This document shows, one piece after another, positions 49,531-59,189 of a DNA stretch of 64,000 bases (the stretch's first letter is position 1; each line of letters starts with the position of its first letter). Source of the stretch: Pelagibacterales bacterium SAG-MED15 (GTDB lineage: Bacteria > Pseudomonadota > Alphaproteobacteria > Pelagibacterales > Pelagibacteraceae); NCBI GenBank assembly GCA_014654065.1, contig JACWDM010000004.1:31080-95079 (forward strand), read 5' to 3'. The translations under genes and the position numbers were made by a program. Below the pieces are notes generated by a model. That model searched no databases and was not told where the DNA came from. It saw nothing but the letters and a program-made list of their open reading frames with translations.

Positions 49531-50322
49531 ATGACTGAACTCAAAATTTATTGCATTACCAATATACAATCTGAAAAGTTAGAGAAATTAGGTGTCAATT
49601 TAGTGGGTGTAGGAGAAAATAGTTTTAATTCCAAATATATGAAGTGTGAAGGTGGTGATAATATTAATTCAAAAGAAAAAAATTATTCTGAACTTACATT
49701 TCATTATTGGTTTTGGAAAAATAAAATAAAAGAGTTTTCTGATGATGATTGGATTGGATTTTGCCAAAAAAGAAGATTTTGGCTTAACTCTAGAAATGAG
49801 AATTTAAATAATGAACTAGAAAATATAATCCTTAAAGATTTCCCGAGTGAGTGGAAAAACTATAATGCAGTAATTTGTGAGCCTATTAAACTTGGAACAA
49901 AATTAATGAAGCTATTCAAAAGAGGCTGGAGAAACTTATTAAGTAATCCTAAAATTTTGTTAAACTTAAAAAATTCAAGTATCAAACTTCATTTTGACAT
50001 GCATCACGGATATGGTGTTCTAGATAAAGCAATTAATGTTTTAAGAGAAGAAGATAGAGAGGAATTTAGAAATTATGTCAGTAATAGATCTATTTATAAT
50101 CCTCATATTATGTTCGTCTCAAAAAAAAAAATTATGGAAAAATATTTTAATGATGTTTTTCCATGGTTATTGGAATGTGAAAAGATTTTTGGTTTTGATG
50201 ATCTCAAAGGATACGACCAAACAAGACTTTATGCTTATCTATCTGAAAGATATTTGTCATTTTGGTTTAAAAAATATTCTAAATACATTGAGTGGCCTTG
50301 GGTTTTTAAAGATATAAATTAA
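49531..50322 (+). CDS. DUF4422-like polysaccharide biosynthesis protein
   Basis: GDNIN..E..YSELT.HYW.WKN, IGFCQKRR and RLYAYLSER motifs. Confidence 0.8.
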   Translation: MTELKIYCITNIQSEKLEKLGVNLVGVGENSFNSKYMKCEGGDNINSKEKNYSELTFHYWFWKNKIKEFSDDDWIGFCQKRRFWLNSRNENLNNELENIILKDFPSEWKNYNAVICEPIKLGTKLMKLFKRGWRNLLSNPKILLNLKNSSIKLHFDMHHGYGVLDKAINVLREEDREEFRNYVSNRSIYNPHIMFVSKKKIMEKYFNDVFPWLLECEKIFGFDDLKGYDQTRLYAYLSERYLSFWFKKYSKYIEWPWVFKDIN

Positions 50323-51161
50323 TTTTTAATTTTAATATTACCTATGTAAAACATTAGTGCACAATATTGTAATAATGAATAAATTGCTATTGGTATCAAA
50401 TATACCACCTCGCTATAAATTAAAGATCCAACAACAAAACCCATTGCACCATTTTGGAGAAGTCCTTCAATTAAAATTGCTCTTCTTGAACCTAAATCAT
50501 TTATAAAAATTTTTGTTATAATGAAGACTATTATAAATATCGAACTGATAAGTATAATAACAACTACACCTATATCATCAAAGTAGTTAAGTAAATTGTT
50601 CCTCTCTATTAAAATTGCAATAAAGACAATCAATAAAAATATACCAAAAGCAAATTTATCTAAAATAAATATACGTTTTTCAAAAAATTTTGGAAATTTT
50701 TGTCTAAAAAAAATTCCTAAAAAAACAGGTATGGTTATAAATAAAAAGGTTTTTATAGAAAAAATAAATAGATTTAATTCAAATATATTTGTGTAAACAA
50801 ACTTGCTAAATAAATTTAAATAAAGTGGTACTGTTATAAAAGATAAAAGTGCACAAGTTGATGTTAAAGTAATTGATAATGTAACATTAGCATCAACTAA
50901 TTTAGTTGCATAATTTGACATTGCAGCAGATGGCATTATCACAAGCAGGAATATTCCAAATTGAAACTCGGGTGTTAATTCAATTAAACTAATTACTATT
51001 AAACCTACAATTGGTAGAATTATTATCTGGCAAATAAGACCTGTTAATAGGGTTTTATAATTTTTTAATACTTTAAGAAATTTTTTGATACTTAAGTTTA
51101 AACCTAAGGCAAACATTATAAAAAAAACACCAGCAGGACCAACAAGTTTAACAAATTCCAT
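50319..51161 (-). CDS. Bile acid:sodium symporter family transporter
   Basis: IMFALGL.L, Q..ILP, P....SN and IEGLLQNG motifs. Confidence 0.87.
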   Translation of the reverse strand: MEFVKLVGPAGVFFIMFALGLNLSIKKFLKVLKNYKTLLTGLICQIIILPIVGLIVISLIELTPEFQFGIFLLVIMPSAAMSNYATKLVDANVTLSITLTSTCALLSFITVPLYLNLFSKFVYTNIFELNLFIFSIKTFLFITIPVFLGIFFRQKFPKFFEKRIFILDKFAFGIFLLIVFIAILIERNNLLNYFDDIGVVVIILISSIFIIVFIITKIFINDLGSRRAILIEGLLQNGAMGFVVGSLIYSEVVYLIPIAIYSLLQYCALMFYIGNIKIKN

Positions 51162-51255
51162 ATAATCTCAATAAACACCCTTTTTATATAAAATATTTTC
51201 TTGATGAATTAGCAAATTTATTATTACTTCACAATTGAAATTTTATTAAATATTT

Positions 51256-52269
51256 ATGGATGAAACACTAAGGATATTTTCAACAGAGATTAAAGAAAAT
51301 CATGTGTCAGCAATTTATTCTAAAAATTATCATTCTTTACATACTGAATATCTAGAAATGCAAAGAGAATGGCTTTTTAGAGCTTATAGCCAATTTAAAG
51401 ATCTTGATAAATATTTTATTCTTATAAGTTTAATTAAAAAAACTATGGCAGCTTATAATGATTATCTTCTTAAATATTCTTGGGATGATTTTTTTTCTGC
51501 AAAAGAAGTGGAATTACAAAAATTTAGTATCGTGGATATTTCAAAAGAACTTTGTATGTCAAAGGAAACAGCTAGAAGAAAAATTTTAGAATTAGAAAAA
51601 GAAGGTGTTCTAGCAAAAGATAAAAAGAGCGTAAGAATTAAACGTGATGGATATGAATTTCAAAAGCCGATTAATACAGTCAAAACTATGGGCAAATTAT
51701 TGTCACAATTTTCAAAAAAACTATATGAAAATAAAATAATTAACCAACACATAACATCAAATGAATTTTCTGATTTGATTAAAAAAAATTATACACAGTG
51801 TTGGACGTATTTTCTTGATTTTCAAATTGAGTTTATGACAGAATTTAAAAGATATTTTTTCACAGATTATGAAACTTTTTCTATATGGACTGTAATTGTT
51901 TATAATCAAAATTTACATTTTAATAATAAAATCAAAGGAGACAAAAATTATATAAAATTTTTAGACAGCATGAGTGATGAAAGTCAAAGATTTTCAAAAG
52001 AACTTCTTGGTCTCACTGGAAGTTTTGGTTTAAATGCGATGACCATATCTGATCTAACTGGTATACCAAGGCCAACTGTTATAAGAAAATTAAGAAGCCT
52101 TGTTAAAGATAAGTTTATCACCAAAAACGAATCGAACCTTTATAGTATAATGGTTAATACCAAAACTACTGTTGATGTTGAAAAGTTAAGAATTAAAAAT
52201 ATGTATCGTATTAGTTCTATGCTTTGTAAATTATTAAATACCGTTAGACTAAATTTAAAAAAAAATTAA
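51256..52269 (+). CDS. Hypothetical protein with two predicted winged-helix HTH repeats
   Basis: SIVDISKELCMSKETARRKILEL and NAMTISDLTGIPRPTVIRKLRSL. Confidence 0.7.
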   Translation: MDETLRIFSTEIKENHVSAIYSKNYHSLHTEYLEMQREWLFRAYSQFKDLDKYFILISLIKKTMAAYNDYLLKYSWDDFFSAKEVELQKFSIVDISKELCMSKETARRKILELEKEGVLAKDKKSVRIKRDGYEFQKPINTVKTMGKLLSQFSKKLYENKIINQHITSNEFSDLIKKNYTQCWTYFLDFQIEFMTEFKRYFFTDYETFSIWTVIVYNQNLHFNNKIKGDKNYIKFLDSMSDESQRFSKELLGLTGSFGLNAMTISDLTGIPRPTVIRKLRSLVKDKFITKNESNLYSIMVNTKTTVDVEKLRIKNMYRISSMLCKLLNTVRLNLKKN

Positions 52270-52466
52270 AAAGAAGCAATAAATATTGTTATTAAAATAA
52301 CAGAAGAAATAAAACTAAAGAAAATTAAATTTTCTTTCTTTTCCTTTTTTTTTTCAGTCCTTACTTTTTCCATTAAGATATTGATATCTACTTTATTTGG
52401 TGCAACATGCGTTTGGGTTTCTTCATTTTCATGTGCTGGTTCTCTTAGAATTTGTTCTGTAGACAT
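52266..52466 (-). CDS. Small tail-anchored membrane protein
   Basis: MSTEQ...KVDINILMEKVR.EKKKEKKEN plus a C-terminal hydrophobic helix; ATG at 52466 preferred over TTG at 52547. Confidence 0.7.
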   Translation of the reverse strand: MSTEQILREPAHENEETQTHVAPNKVDINILMEKVRTEKKKEKKENLIFFSFISSVILITIFIASF

Positions 52467-52562
52467 GACATAGTTAATCACGAGAAACGAATCAACACAA
52501 CTCAGAGGTTGTTCAATTTGGGTTATAAGATAATTCCGATTGTCCAAGATGAGTATTCATCT

Positions 52563-55007
52563 TCAGATTGTTTTATAGTTATTCTGATTTAAAGCTTTTA
52601 GCAAATACTCCGCTTCATACTTAACCTTTCCAACCTCAACATAAATCTTATGTTTGCCTTTATCTAGATTGTTTAAATCTCTATCTACATACCCAAATGT
52701 TAAATTTTTATTAAAATTGAACGAATAGTTTCCAGAGGTAGTTCTTCCTATAATTCTATCGTCTAAATATATTGGCTCATCATGTAATAATAAAGGCTCT
52801 CCGGGTTTATTATCCTTTAATGTTAACATAATCATTTTTTTTTGTATTTTCTTATCTTTAATTTTTAACAAAGCTTCTTTGCCTAAAAAATCCACATTTT
52901 TTTTGTAACTGATGGCAAAATCTAATCCTGCCTGATATTGGTTTTCTTCAGGCGATATATCATGACCCCAATGTAAAAATCCGTTCTCCATACGCATTGT
53001 ATCCATTGCATGCATGCCACAGTGCGTAAGATTATAATTATTACCCTCTTTAACTATAGCTTTATAAAGCTGTTTAGCATGCGTAGTTTTTATATATAGT
53101 TCAAAACCTACTTCCCCTACATAGGATAATCTTTGAGCCCATAAATTCATGTCATTAATTTTTACAAATTTTCCTGTCCCAAATTTAAAATTTTCGTTTG
53201 AAAAATTATCTTGGCTTATTTTAGATAATAAATCACGAGATTTCGGTCCAAATACTCCTAAACAACAATATTTATCAGTAACATCCTCAAAAATAATATC
53301 CTTTGATATATTGTTTAAAATAAAAAACTTATCTCTTTCTCTTGTTGCTGCAGAGCTTATTAATCTAAAATAATTTTTTTCTAAACAAACTACAGTACAA
53401 TCAATTTCTATTCCCCCATCTTTATTGAGTATTTGAGTATAAGTAGTTCTTCCATTTATAGATTTTATATTAGCTGTACATATTCTTTGTAATTCATCAA
53501 AACTTCCTTCTCCTTTCAAATCAAATTTTGAAAATGGTGTTAAATCAAATAAACCTACATTTTTTTTTGTATTTTTTGTTTCTTTCTCTACTGATGGATA
53601 CCAATTTTGATATCCGTAGCTATATTTATATTCTGGGGGAGAACTATTTAAATTAAACCACATTGGTCTTTCGAAACCACCTGAGACACCAAAGCAAGCG
53701 CCTGCTGCTTTCAACTCTTCATGATATGGAGTTATTTTTTGGTTTCTAGATGTTTTATGTTGTTTGTAAGGCCAATGCATTCCATAAAGATCACCTAGCG
53801 TTTCTGTAATACGCTCTTTAATAAAATTTATATTTGAATGGAAATTTTGAAATCTTTTAATATCATATATAAATAAATCTTCGTTTGTATGACCATTCAT
53901 CATCCATTCAGCGGTAACCTTTCCAACACCACCACCACTTCCAATTCCAATACTGTTTAGACCACAACATGCAAAAAGGTTTTTAAAACCAGGCACCTCT
54001 CCTAATAAACTGTTTGTATCTGGCGTAAACGACTCTGGTCCTGAAAAAAATTTTCTTATTCCAGCAGTTTCTAGAATAGGAAATCTTTTTATTGCAGTTT
54101 TTAAATATGGTTCGAAATGATCAAAATTTTCAGGTAACTCACCAAAAGAAAAATCTTCAGGAACTAAGTTAGTTTTTTCAAATGCAGGTATTGATTTTCC
54201 CTCAAAAATACCAACCAATATTTTTCCTGCATCTTCCTTTATATATGTACGATTATCAAAATCTCTTATTACTGGTAAAGTTTTTGAAAGATTTTCTATC
54301 GCCTCTGTAATTATATAAAAATGTTCAGCTGGATATAAAGGGATGCTCGCTCCTATTTTTTTCCCTATTTGTCTTGACCACATTCCAGATGCTAATACAA
54401 CATATTCACAATCTATATCTGTTCCATTAACTCTTACTCCTGCAATTCTTTTATTTTTAATTAAAATCTTTTCAACAGGTGATTTTTCAAATATTTTGGC
54501 ACCTTCCAACTTAGCAGCTTTAGCTAACATATGTGTAACACCCGAAGGGTCTGCTGCACCATCTCCTGGCATAAGAATTCCACCAATAACATTCTCTGTA
54601 TTTACAATTGGAAAATTTTTTTTAACGTTTTCTTTATCCAAAATTTTTACATCAACATCATAAAGCTGTGCCGTAGTTGCTTGTCTTTTCAGCTCTTCCC
54701 ATCGACCTTGATTTTCAGCTATCGAAAGTGCACCATTCAATCTAAGCCCTGCAGAATGATCAACTTTTTTTTCTAATTCTTTATACAAATCTAAGGTATA
54801 TTTTCTTATTTTTGTTATTCCTGCAGATGGACCTAGCTGACTTACAAGACCTGCTGCGTGCCAAGTTGTGCCTGATGTGAGCTGATCTCTCTCAAGTAAA
54901 ATAGTATCTTTCCAGCCAAATTTTGCTAAATGATAAGCAACAGAACAACCTATTACCCCTCCTCCAATTACAACTACCTTGCAACTTTTGGGTAATTTCT
55001 TGTTCAT
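52563..55007 (-). CDS. Dimethylglycine/sarcosine dehydrogenase-like flavoprotein (DAO + GcvT domains)
   Basis: IGGGVIG, LTSGTTWHAAG, GPESFTPD, SYVGEVGFE and RMENGF.HWG motifs. Confidence 0.92.
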   Translation of the reverse strand: MNKKLPKSCKVVVIGGGVIGCSVAYHLAKFGWKDTILLERDQLTSGTTWHAAGLVSQLGPSAGITKIRKYTLDLYKELEKKVDHSAGLRLNGALSIAENQGRWEELKRQATTAQLYDVDVKILDKENVKKNFPIVNTENVIGGILMPGDGAADPSGVTHMLAKAAKLEGAKIFEKSPVEKILIKNKRIAGVRVNGTDIDCEYVVLASGMWSRQIGKKIGASIPLYPAEHFYIITEAIENLSKTLPVIRDFDNRTYIKEDAGKILVGIFEGKSIPAFEKTNLVPEDFSFGELPENFDHFEPYLKTAIKRFPILETAGIRKFFSGPESFTPDTNSLLGEVPGFKNLFACCGLNSIGIGSGGGVGKVTAEWMMNGHTNEDLFIYDIKRFQNFHSNINFIKERITETLGDLYGMHWPYKQHKTSRNQKITPYHEELKAAGACFGVSGGFERPMWFNLNSSPPEYKYSYGYQNWYPSVEKETKNTKKNVGLFDLTPFSKFDLKGEGSFDELQRICTANIKSINGRTTYTQILNKDGGIEIDCTVVCLEKNYFRLISSAATRERDKFFILNNISKDIIFEDVTDKYCCLGVFGPKSRDLLSKISQDNFSNENFKFGTGKFVKINDMNLWAQRLSYVGEVGFELYIKTTHAKQLYKAIVKEGNNYNLTHCGMHAMDTMRMENGFLHWGHDISPEENQYQAGLDFAISYKKNVDFLGKEALLKIKDKKIQKKMIMLTLKDNKPGEPLLLHDEPIYLDDRIIGRTTSGNYSFNFNKNLTFGYVDRDLNNLDKGKHKIYVEVGKVKYEAEYLLKALNQNNYKTI

Positions 55008-55438
55008 TAAATCATTTGAATTCCTACGCCTGTCTTTGGATAGGTATATAAGTTATAATTTGCCGCTAGTTCTTCACCAGATTTAATATCTCTTATTGTA
55101 ACCATATACATGAATCTTGCATAAGTAGTTGGGTACATATCCTCTTTTGATCCCTCAATGTTTACGACTTCACTTTTATCATCTGGCATTGGCGCAGGAT
55201 CTCCAAACTTTAAGTTTGGAAGTTTATTTGTAATCATTCTTCTAACATTAGGTATATCTGAATGATTGTAAAATCCGCCTAAAGGTGTTCTCAAATAGTT
55301 ATTTTCAAATCTTTCGTCTAATATATGGGTAAGACCAATAAAAGTATTAGCAGGAATATCCTGTGTTGCGTAAAGTCCTAATCCTTCAATTGGTGATCTT
55401 TTAATTGTTACCCCGTCAGGTAAAGGTCTGTAACTCAT
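55007..55438 (-). CDS. SET-domain protein (putative lysine methyltransferase)
   Basis: S.IEGLGLYA, GGFYNHS..PN and RDIKSGEEL..NY motifs. Confidence 0.87.
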   Translation of the reverse strand: MSYRPLPDGVTIKRSPIEGLGLYATQDIPANTFIGLTHILDERFENNYLRTPLGGFYNHSDIPNVRRMITNKLPNLKFGDPAPMPDDKSEVVNIEGSKEDMYPTTYARFMYMVTIRDIKSGEELAANYNLYTYPKTGVGIQMI

Positions 55439-55456
55439 AAATAAAACTACCCCGTT

Positions 55457-56572
55457 TTAATTAATTATTTCTTCAGGAGAAACATAACTGTGCCCAAAAA
55501 CATTTGCAACTGCTTTATATGTGACATTTCCCTTATGAACATTTAATCCAGCGAGGAAGTTTGGATCTTCACTTAATGCTTTTATATAGCCGTCTTTTGC
55601 AAGTTTTGAAAGAAAAGGAAGAGTAGCTTTATTTAGCGCAAGAGTTGATGTTCTTGGAACTCCCCCAGGCATATTTGCTACACAGTAGTGCACAATATCA
55701 TCAACAATATATGTTGGGTCTGCATGTGTAGTGGGTTTACTTGTTTCAACACATCCACCTTGATCTATTGCAACATCAACAATTACAGATCCTCTTTTCA
55801 TTTTTTTTAACATGTCTTTAGTTACTAATTTTGGAGCCTCTGAACCTGGAATTAAAACTCCTCCAACTAATAAATCACATTCTGAAATTAATTTTTCTAA
55901 ATCTATTTTATCACTATGTTGAGGAATTATTTTATCACCAAACATATCAACTAACTGTTTTAGTCTAGCTTCAGATTTATCTACGATGTGAACTTTTGCT
56001 TTCATGCCCGTTGCTATTATCGCAGCATTTTCTCCAACAACACCTCCTCCTAAAATTACAACATTTCCTGGATCAACACCTGGAGCACCACCTAATAATA
56101 GACCTCTGCCTTTTTGATTTTTTTCTAAACAATGGGCACCTGCTTGAACAGACATTCTCCCTGCTACTGCACTCATTGGTGCTAATAATGGAAGGCGGCC
56201 ATTATTATCTGTAACAGTTTCATAAGCTATACAGACACTTTTAGAATTTATTAATCCTTGAGTTAACTCTTTTGCAGCAGCTAAGTGCAAATAAGTAAAA
56301 ACTATTTGATTTTCTCTAATCATGTTTACCTCATTTGAAAGAGGTTCTTTTACTTTTACAATTAATTCTGCTTCATTAAAAATATCTTCAGCTTTATTTA
56401 CAATTTTAGCCCCTGCTTTTTTATATTGTTCGTTATCAAAGCCAGCTTCAAAGCCCCCGTTATTTTCCACTAAAACTTCATTACCATTAGAAGTTAAAAC
56501 TTTTACACTATCTGGAGTTAATCCAATTCTATTTTCTTGAGGTTTGATTTCTTTTGGTACACCGATTTTCAC
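55457..56572 (-). CDS. ald: Alanine dehydrogenase
   Basis: IGVPKEIK..ENR, VKVKEP, FTYLHLA, DVAIDQGGC and ANMPG motifs; GGGAG RBS and GTG start. Confidence 0.97.
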   Translation of the reverse strand: MKIGVPKEIKPQENRIGLTPDSVKVLTSNGNEVLVENNGGFEAGFDNEQYKKAGAKIVNKAEDIFNEAELIVKVKEPLSNEVNMIRENQIVFTYLHLAAAKELTQGLINSKSVCIAYETVTDNNGRLPLLAPMSAVAGRMSVQAGAHCLEKNQKGRGLLLGGAPGVDPGNVVILGGGVVGENAAIIATGMKAKVHIVDKSEARLKQLVDMFGDKIIPQHSDKIDLEKLISECDLLVGGVLIPGSEAPKLVTKDMLKKMKRGSVIVDVAIDQGGCVETSKPTTHADPTYIVDDIVHYCVANMPGGVPRTSTLALNKATLPFLSKLAKDGYIKALSEDPNFLAGLNVHKGNVTYKAVANVFGHSYVSPEEIIN

Positions 56573-56604
56573 AGCTTCTCCCTTTGATCTAGTAAAATAA
56601 AAAA

Positions 56605-57951
56605 CTAATTTTTTTTACTTTTCGAATAGTTAGTTATGCCGGTTCTTAGTTTTTCTATTATCTCGTCTATATGTTTTTTTTCTGAAATAAACATCGGAGC
56701 TATAATTAGACAGTCTCCAGTTGCTTTGAAATTAATACCTGCTTCGTAGCAATGTTTAAAACAAGTAAATCCTGCCACTCCAGGTTTTTTATCCATCCTA
56801 AGATCTATTCCACCCATCATTCCATATCCTCTTATATTGTCTACAATATCGATATCTTTAAGTGAGAATAAACCTTTTTGGAAATATGGCGCCATATCTC
56901 TAGCCCTATTAAATATATCATCTTTCTCAAAAATATCTTGAACTGCTAATGCTGCTGCAACTGAAATTGGAATTCCTGAATAAGTATAACCATGAAATAG
57001 TTCTATTGTGCCTTTTGGTGCACTGTCCATTATTGTATCATAAATTTCATCTTTACATGCAACAACTCCCATTGGACTTATTCCATTAGTTGTCGCTTTA
57101 GCCATCGTCATCATGTCAGGTGTAACACCAAATTCTTGGGCACCAAAAGCTGAACCCATTCTTCCCCATCCTGTAATTACTTCATCAAAAATTAAAAGAA
57201 TTCCATGCTTATCACAAATTTCTCGTAATCTTTGCAAATATCCTTTTGGTGGAACTAATGTTCCTGTCGAACCAGCTACTGGCTCAACAATACATGCAGC
57301 AATATTTTCTGCACCAAAGTTTGTACAAATTCTTTCAAGATCATCTGCTAATTCAGCACCAGTTTCGGGTTGACCACTTATAAATTTATGCTCTGGTAGA
57401 TGTGTGTGTCTCATGTGAAGAACACCTGGCATTAATACACTTGCAAAAGTTTTGACATTGTTAATCATACCTCCAACAGAAGTAGCACCAATATTCATCC
57501 CATGATAAGCTCTTTCTCTTCCAACAAATCTATATCTATGTCCATGACCTCTAGCTTTATGATAAGCAACTGCAATTTTGATTGCAGTTTCAACAGCTGT
57601 TGATCCACAAATTGTATAAAACATTTTGTTTATATTACCTGGCGTATGTTTTGAAATTTTTGTTGCAAGATCAAATGATCCACCAAAACCTTGTTGGAAC
57701 GGCTGACAATAATCTAAAGTATTTAATTGATTAGTTATTGCTTCAATAATTTCTTTTCTACCATGACCAAGTGGATTACAAAAAAGTCCTGAACTTGCAT
57801 CAATCATAGTTTGTCCTTCATGATTTTTTAAGTAACAACCTTTTGCTTCAGTTATAAGTCTTGGTTTTGCTTTAAAATCCTTGTTGGATGTAAATGGCAT
57901 CCAATGTTCATTTAAAGAATTAGGAATTTTATTTTTATTTTCTGAGCTCAT
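56605..57951 (-). CDS. Class III omega-amino acid:pyruvate aminotransferase (beta-alanine/taurine-type)
   Basis: WMPFT, AYHG, VEPVAGSTG, FDEVITG, AK (PLP Lys) and HGYTYS motifs. Confidence 0.88.
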   Translation of the reverse strand: MSSENKNKIPNSLNEHWMPFTSNKDFKAKPRLITEAKGCYLKNHEGQTMIDASSGLFCNPLGHGRKEIIEAITNQLNTLDYCQPFQQGFGGSFDLATKISKHTPGNINKMFYTICGSTAVETAIKIAVAYHKARGHGHRYRFVGRERAYHGMNIGATSVGGMINNVKTFASVLMPGVLHMRHTHLPEHKFISGQPETGAELADDLERICTNFGAENIAACIVEPVAGSTGTLVPPKGYLQRLREICDKHGILLIFDEVITGWGRMGSAFGAQEFGVTPDMMTMAKATTNGISPMGVVACKDEIYDTIMDSAPKGTIELFHGYTYSGIPISVAAALAVQDIFEKDDIFNRARDMAPYFQKGLFSLKDIDIVDNIRGYGMMGGIDLRMDKKPGVAGFTCFKHCYEAGINFKATGDCLIIAPMFISEKKHIDEIIEKLRTGITNYSKSKKN

Positions 57952-58091
57952 AATTTTCTATATTTAGACTAATACAATATCTTAAACTAGAAGAATATAG
58001 GATATTAGCGCGTCAAAATCCATATACAACTTAAGATTGATTTAAAAACTATAGTCCCATTTTGAACAAGGCAGTTTAGCCTAAATAGAAC

Positions 58092-58105
58092 TAAATGATC
58101 ATTTA
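58092..58105. promoter_or_regulatory. Perfect palindrome in a divergent promoter region (candidate operator)
   Basis: TAAATGATCATTTA is its own reverse complement. Confidence 0.4.
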
Positions 58106-58163
58106 CAACAGCTAGAATATGAACTTTAATATAGCTTATTAATAATTATCAAAGGGGATAAAT

Positions 58164-59105
58164 ATGAGAAAAATAATAAGTTATCTTCTAGGAGTAATCG
58201 TTGCTCTTAACTTAAGTATTTCAGTTGCAAATTCAGCTGCAAATGAAGTTAGAGTTGCTTACTTTTTAGAATGGCCTAGTCCGAATCTTGAGGATATGCA
58301 AAAGAAAAACTTTGCTAAAGCTCTTGGGGTGCCAGTTAAATGGACAAACTTCACAAACGGTGGAGCAATGACTGATGCTATGTTAGCAGGAGACATTGAT
58401 ATTTCTTATTCACAAGGTTTAGTACCTTTCATTAACGCAGTAAAATCTAAAGCACCGATTAAGCTAGTAGATATTGCTATGGAATATGGAATGGGAGGAA
58501 CAACTTGTGTTACTTCTAACGCTTCTGGAATTACAAAAGCAAATGCTACTGAACTTGAAGGTAAAAAAGTTGCTGTACCACTTGGAACAATGGCTGAATA
58601 TGTTTTTGATGAAAGTATGAAAGTTGTTGGAGCTGACAGAAAGAAAATGGATATAATCCAAATGGATCCAGAAGAAGGAGCTGCTGCATTAGTTAGTGGT
58701 GATGTTGTAATGGCATGTTTATTTGGTGGTAACTCTATCAAAGCTGCAACTGCAGTTGGATCTAGATTACTAACAGTTCAAGAAGCTAGAGATGCTGGTA
58801 TCTTAGGTATAGATATTACTTCTGTAACTACAAAGTTTATGAAGGAAAATCCTGGTATGCTAAGGACTTTCATCGAAGTTACTCATGAAGCAAACGCTAG
58901 ATATAAAGCTGGCAAAAGTAACATGGGTGTTATGGCTAAAGCTTCAGAAATGAAAGTTGGTGATATGAAAGAAACTTTAAGTGGTTTTAAATTTCTAACA
59001 CCAGAGGAAACTAAACAATCTATGACTAAAGGAAATCTGGATGCATTCTTAAAAGGAATGGGAACACCAGGTGGAAACGTAGATACAAGTTTCTTACCTT
59101 TATAA
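58164..59105 (+). CDS. tauA: Taurine-type ABC substrate-binding protein
   Basis: Signal peptide; AYFLEWP, F..G.AM..AM.AGDIDI.YSQG.VPF and GKKVAVP.GT motifs; context with the aminotransferase and ald. Confidence 0.8.
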   Translation: MRKIISYLLGVIVALNLSISVANSAANEVRVAYFLEWPSPNLEDMQKKNFAKALGVPVKWTNFTNGGAMTDAMLAGDIDISYSQGLVPFINAVKSKAPIKLVDIAMEYGMGGTTCVTSNASGITKANATELEGKKVAVPLGTMAEYVFDESMKVVGADRKKMDIIQMDPEEGAAALVSGDVVMACLFGGNSIKAATAVGSRLLTVQEARDAGILGIDITSVTTKFMKENPGMLRTFIEVTHEANARYKAGKSNMGVMAKASEMKVGDMKETLSGFKFLTPEETKQSMTKGNLDAFLKGMGTPGGNVDTSFLPL

Positions 59106-59122
59106 TTTAAGGTTAAAAAATT

Positions 59123-59162
59123 AAATAGGCGCCAATTTATTAAATTGGTGCCTATTTTTTTT
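59123..59162 (+). terminator. Stem-loop with U tract after tauA
   Basis: AAATAGGCGCCAATTTA / TAAATTGGTGCCTATTT (one G-U pair) followed by Ts. Confidence 0.85.
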
Positions 59163-59189
59163 ATTAAAATTTTAATATAAAGTCTTCAT

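Noticed and set aside
52563..55007. DmdA (DMSP demethylase)
   Set aside because: It is 814 aa with an N-terminal FAD oxidase domain, whereas DmdA is a stand-alone GcvT-type protein of about half that size or less
58050..58100. SAM-V/SAM-II-like words (TTTGAAC...ACTAAA) upstream of tauA
   Set aside because: I could not find the required P1 pairing or an adjacent RBS; an Infernal search would be needed to revive it
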